Of a DNA stretch of 64,000 nt, positions 62,668 to 64,000 are shown in pieces (position 1 is the first letter of the stretch; each line of letters begins with the position of its first letter). Made by a program: the position numbers and the translations under genes. The DNA is from Trichosphaerium sp. ATCC 40318 (lineage: Eukaryota > Protista > Tubulinea): NCBI GenBank assembly GCA_038496445.1, contig JALMLS010000131.1:2500-66499 (forward strand), written 5' to 3'. Below the pieces are notes generated by a model that saw nothing but the letters and a program-made list of their open reading frames with translations, ran no database searches and was not told the DNA's origin.

Positions 62668-64000
62668 TTATCCACGTAGAAGGTTCATAATCTCATCCTT
62701 TGTGATCGTACTCACAAACCTATCATTTTTCTGTACACGCCAATAACTATCACAATGTTCACCAAGTAAACTAACAAACTCTTCGTCATGTGTAATAACA
62801 ATAAGCTGAAAACCTCGTTGTTCACGACGTGTTTTAATAATGCTACAAAAAAATTATTAGAACTAAAGAATCACGTGAAGATTTCTAAAGACTTACTTGC
62901 TCAATGCGTTTGCAAAACTTTCAACATTAAATCGATCAAGGTTTGTTGTTGGCTCATCAAGTGCAAGTACACCACAATTTGTACAAAATGTCTCAGCTAA
63001 AGCAAGCCTGATAATAAGTGAAGCCAAAACCTATTGAAAAAAAATTAAAAACTTTCTTTGCCTTTAAAATTATTACCTTTTGACCAGCAGAACATCTACC
63101 ACGCATATTGAGTTCTGTACCTATATATAATATTAATTATGAAATCAAACCGTATTAAGGAAGTAAGGTAGGGTTGTAAAAGTGTCAGTTTTTGAAGAAA
63201 AAAATTCCCAATAAAAGAATGAAAAGGTTTGTTGTTTTCTGATTTGAGAAGCGCCTTACCTTGTTTTACCATAACCACTCTATAATTAAATACACGTTTA
63301 GTCTTTCCAGACTCAGAGTCGGCTCTGATTTCAAGGGTATCAATATCTTTACCCTTATAAGTAGCTTGCCAGAGTTCCTTTATAATCTTGTTAATTTCCT
63401 TCATTTTAGCACCATGATATGTTGTCAATGCATTATCAAGGGCATGATAATATTTATCTAGATCCGCTGTAGTCATCTTAAGCGTCTAATAATGAAAGTT
63501 TAGGCGAAAGAAATTGTAAAAAAAAAAATCTTCAAGTTGAAGCTTTAAAAAAAAAGTTGGTGCTATTCTAACTTGGTACCTTCAGTTGAACCATACGCTT
63601 ATTATATAAGTCATCAGCTCCAACATAAGATTTCTGACCCAACTGATCTGTTATTTCCTTTTCCTGGGACTTATACGCTGTAACTTGGCCAACGAATTTG
63701 TTTTTCTATGAAGGCGTAAGTTTCGTTTGGGGTTTTAAGAATAAAACAAGAAGGAAGCTCGTTGCTTAAGTGAAGCCTTGTCCTGAAATTTTTTACGTTA
63801 TAACTAAATTTTTATAATACGTACACTAGCAGTTATAGTATTTAACTCTTTTTCAACAACTGCAGTATCATTGGCAACAGTTTCATAGCTCAGTCCAGAA
63901 AAGTCTTTTTTCTTCTTTTTAATGCTTGTTTCCAACTCTAATATTTCATCATGTAGATTCAACAGCCTGATATTCTCTTCTATTTTCTTACATGTTCCTA
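62668..64000 (-). CDS. RAD50: DNA repair protein RAD50, 3' part; continues beyond the right window edge
   Basis: [48 protein letters not shown]. Confidence 0.96.

Overview
This is AT-rich, gene-dense eukaryotic (protist) DNA with many short introns and the standard genetic code. An amoebozoan host is inferred from a DUSE-like ncRNA promoter, non-fungal Zn2Cys6 factors, Integrator and a U12 intron. I can support about 28 protein genes, assembled by hand across introns. They include GalT-like, a tail-less histone-fold protein, an Nrd1/Seb1/SCAF4/8-like CID-RRM-RS protein, TPR, ADP-ribosylglycohydrolase, a YqaJ/lambda-type exonuclease, INTS8, D-amino acid oxidase, ankyrin, two Zn2Cys6 factors, two F-box/LRR, a MORN-variant repeat protein, RING-H2, PPR, SNAP-like, bacterial-type FabH, CRAL-TRIO-PH, sedolisin/TPP1, mucin-like, a divergent actin and the 3' end of RAD50. 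Non-coding and mobile features are a complete SRP RNA gene with its own promoter nested in an intron, an apparently intact intron-containing hAT transposon, a hAT-type MITE and a TA-flanked hairpin element. The most novel candidates are (1) the viral-type YqaJ exonuclease with a spliced-on C-terminal transmembrane anchor, (2) the intron-nested SRP RNA gene, and (3) an intronless F-box/LRR + MORN cluster resembling giant-virus gene families. Exon boundaries and family calls come from manual translation and motif recall, not database searches.
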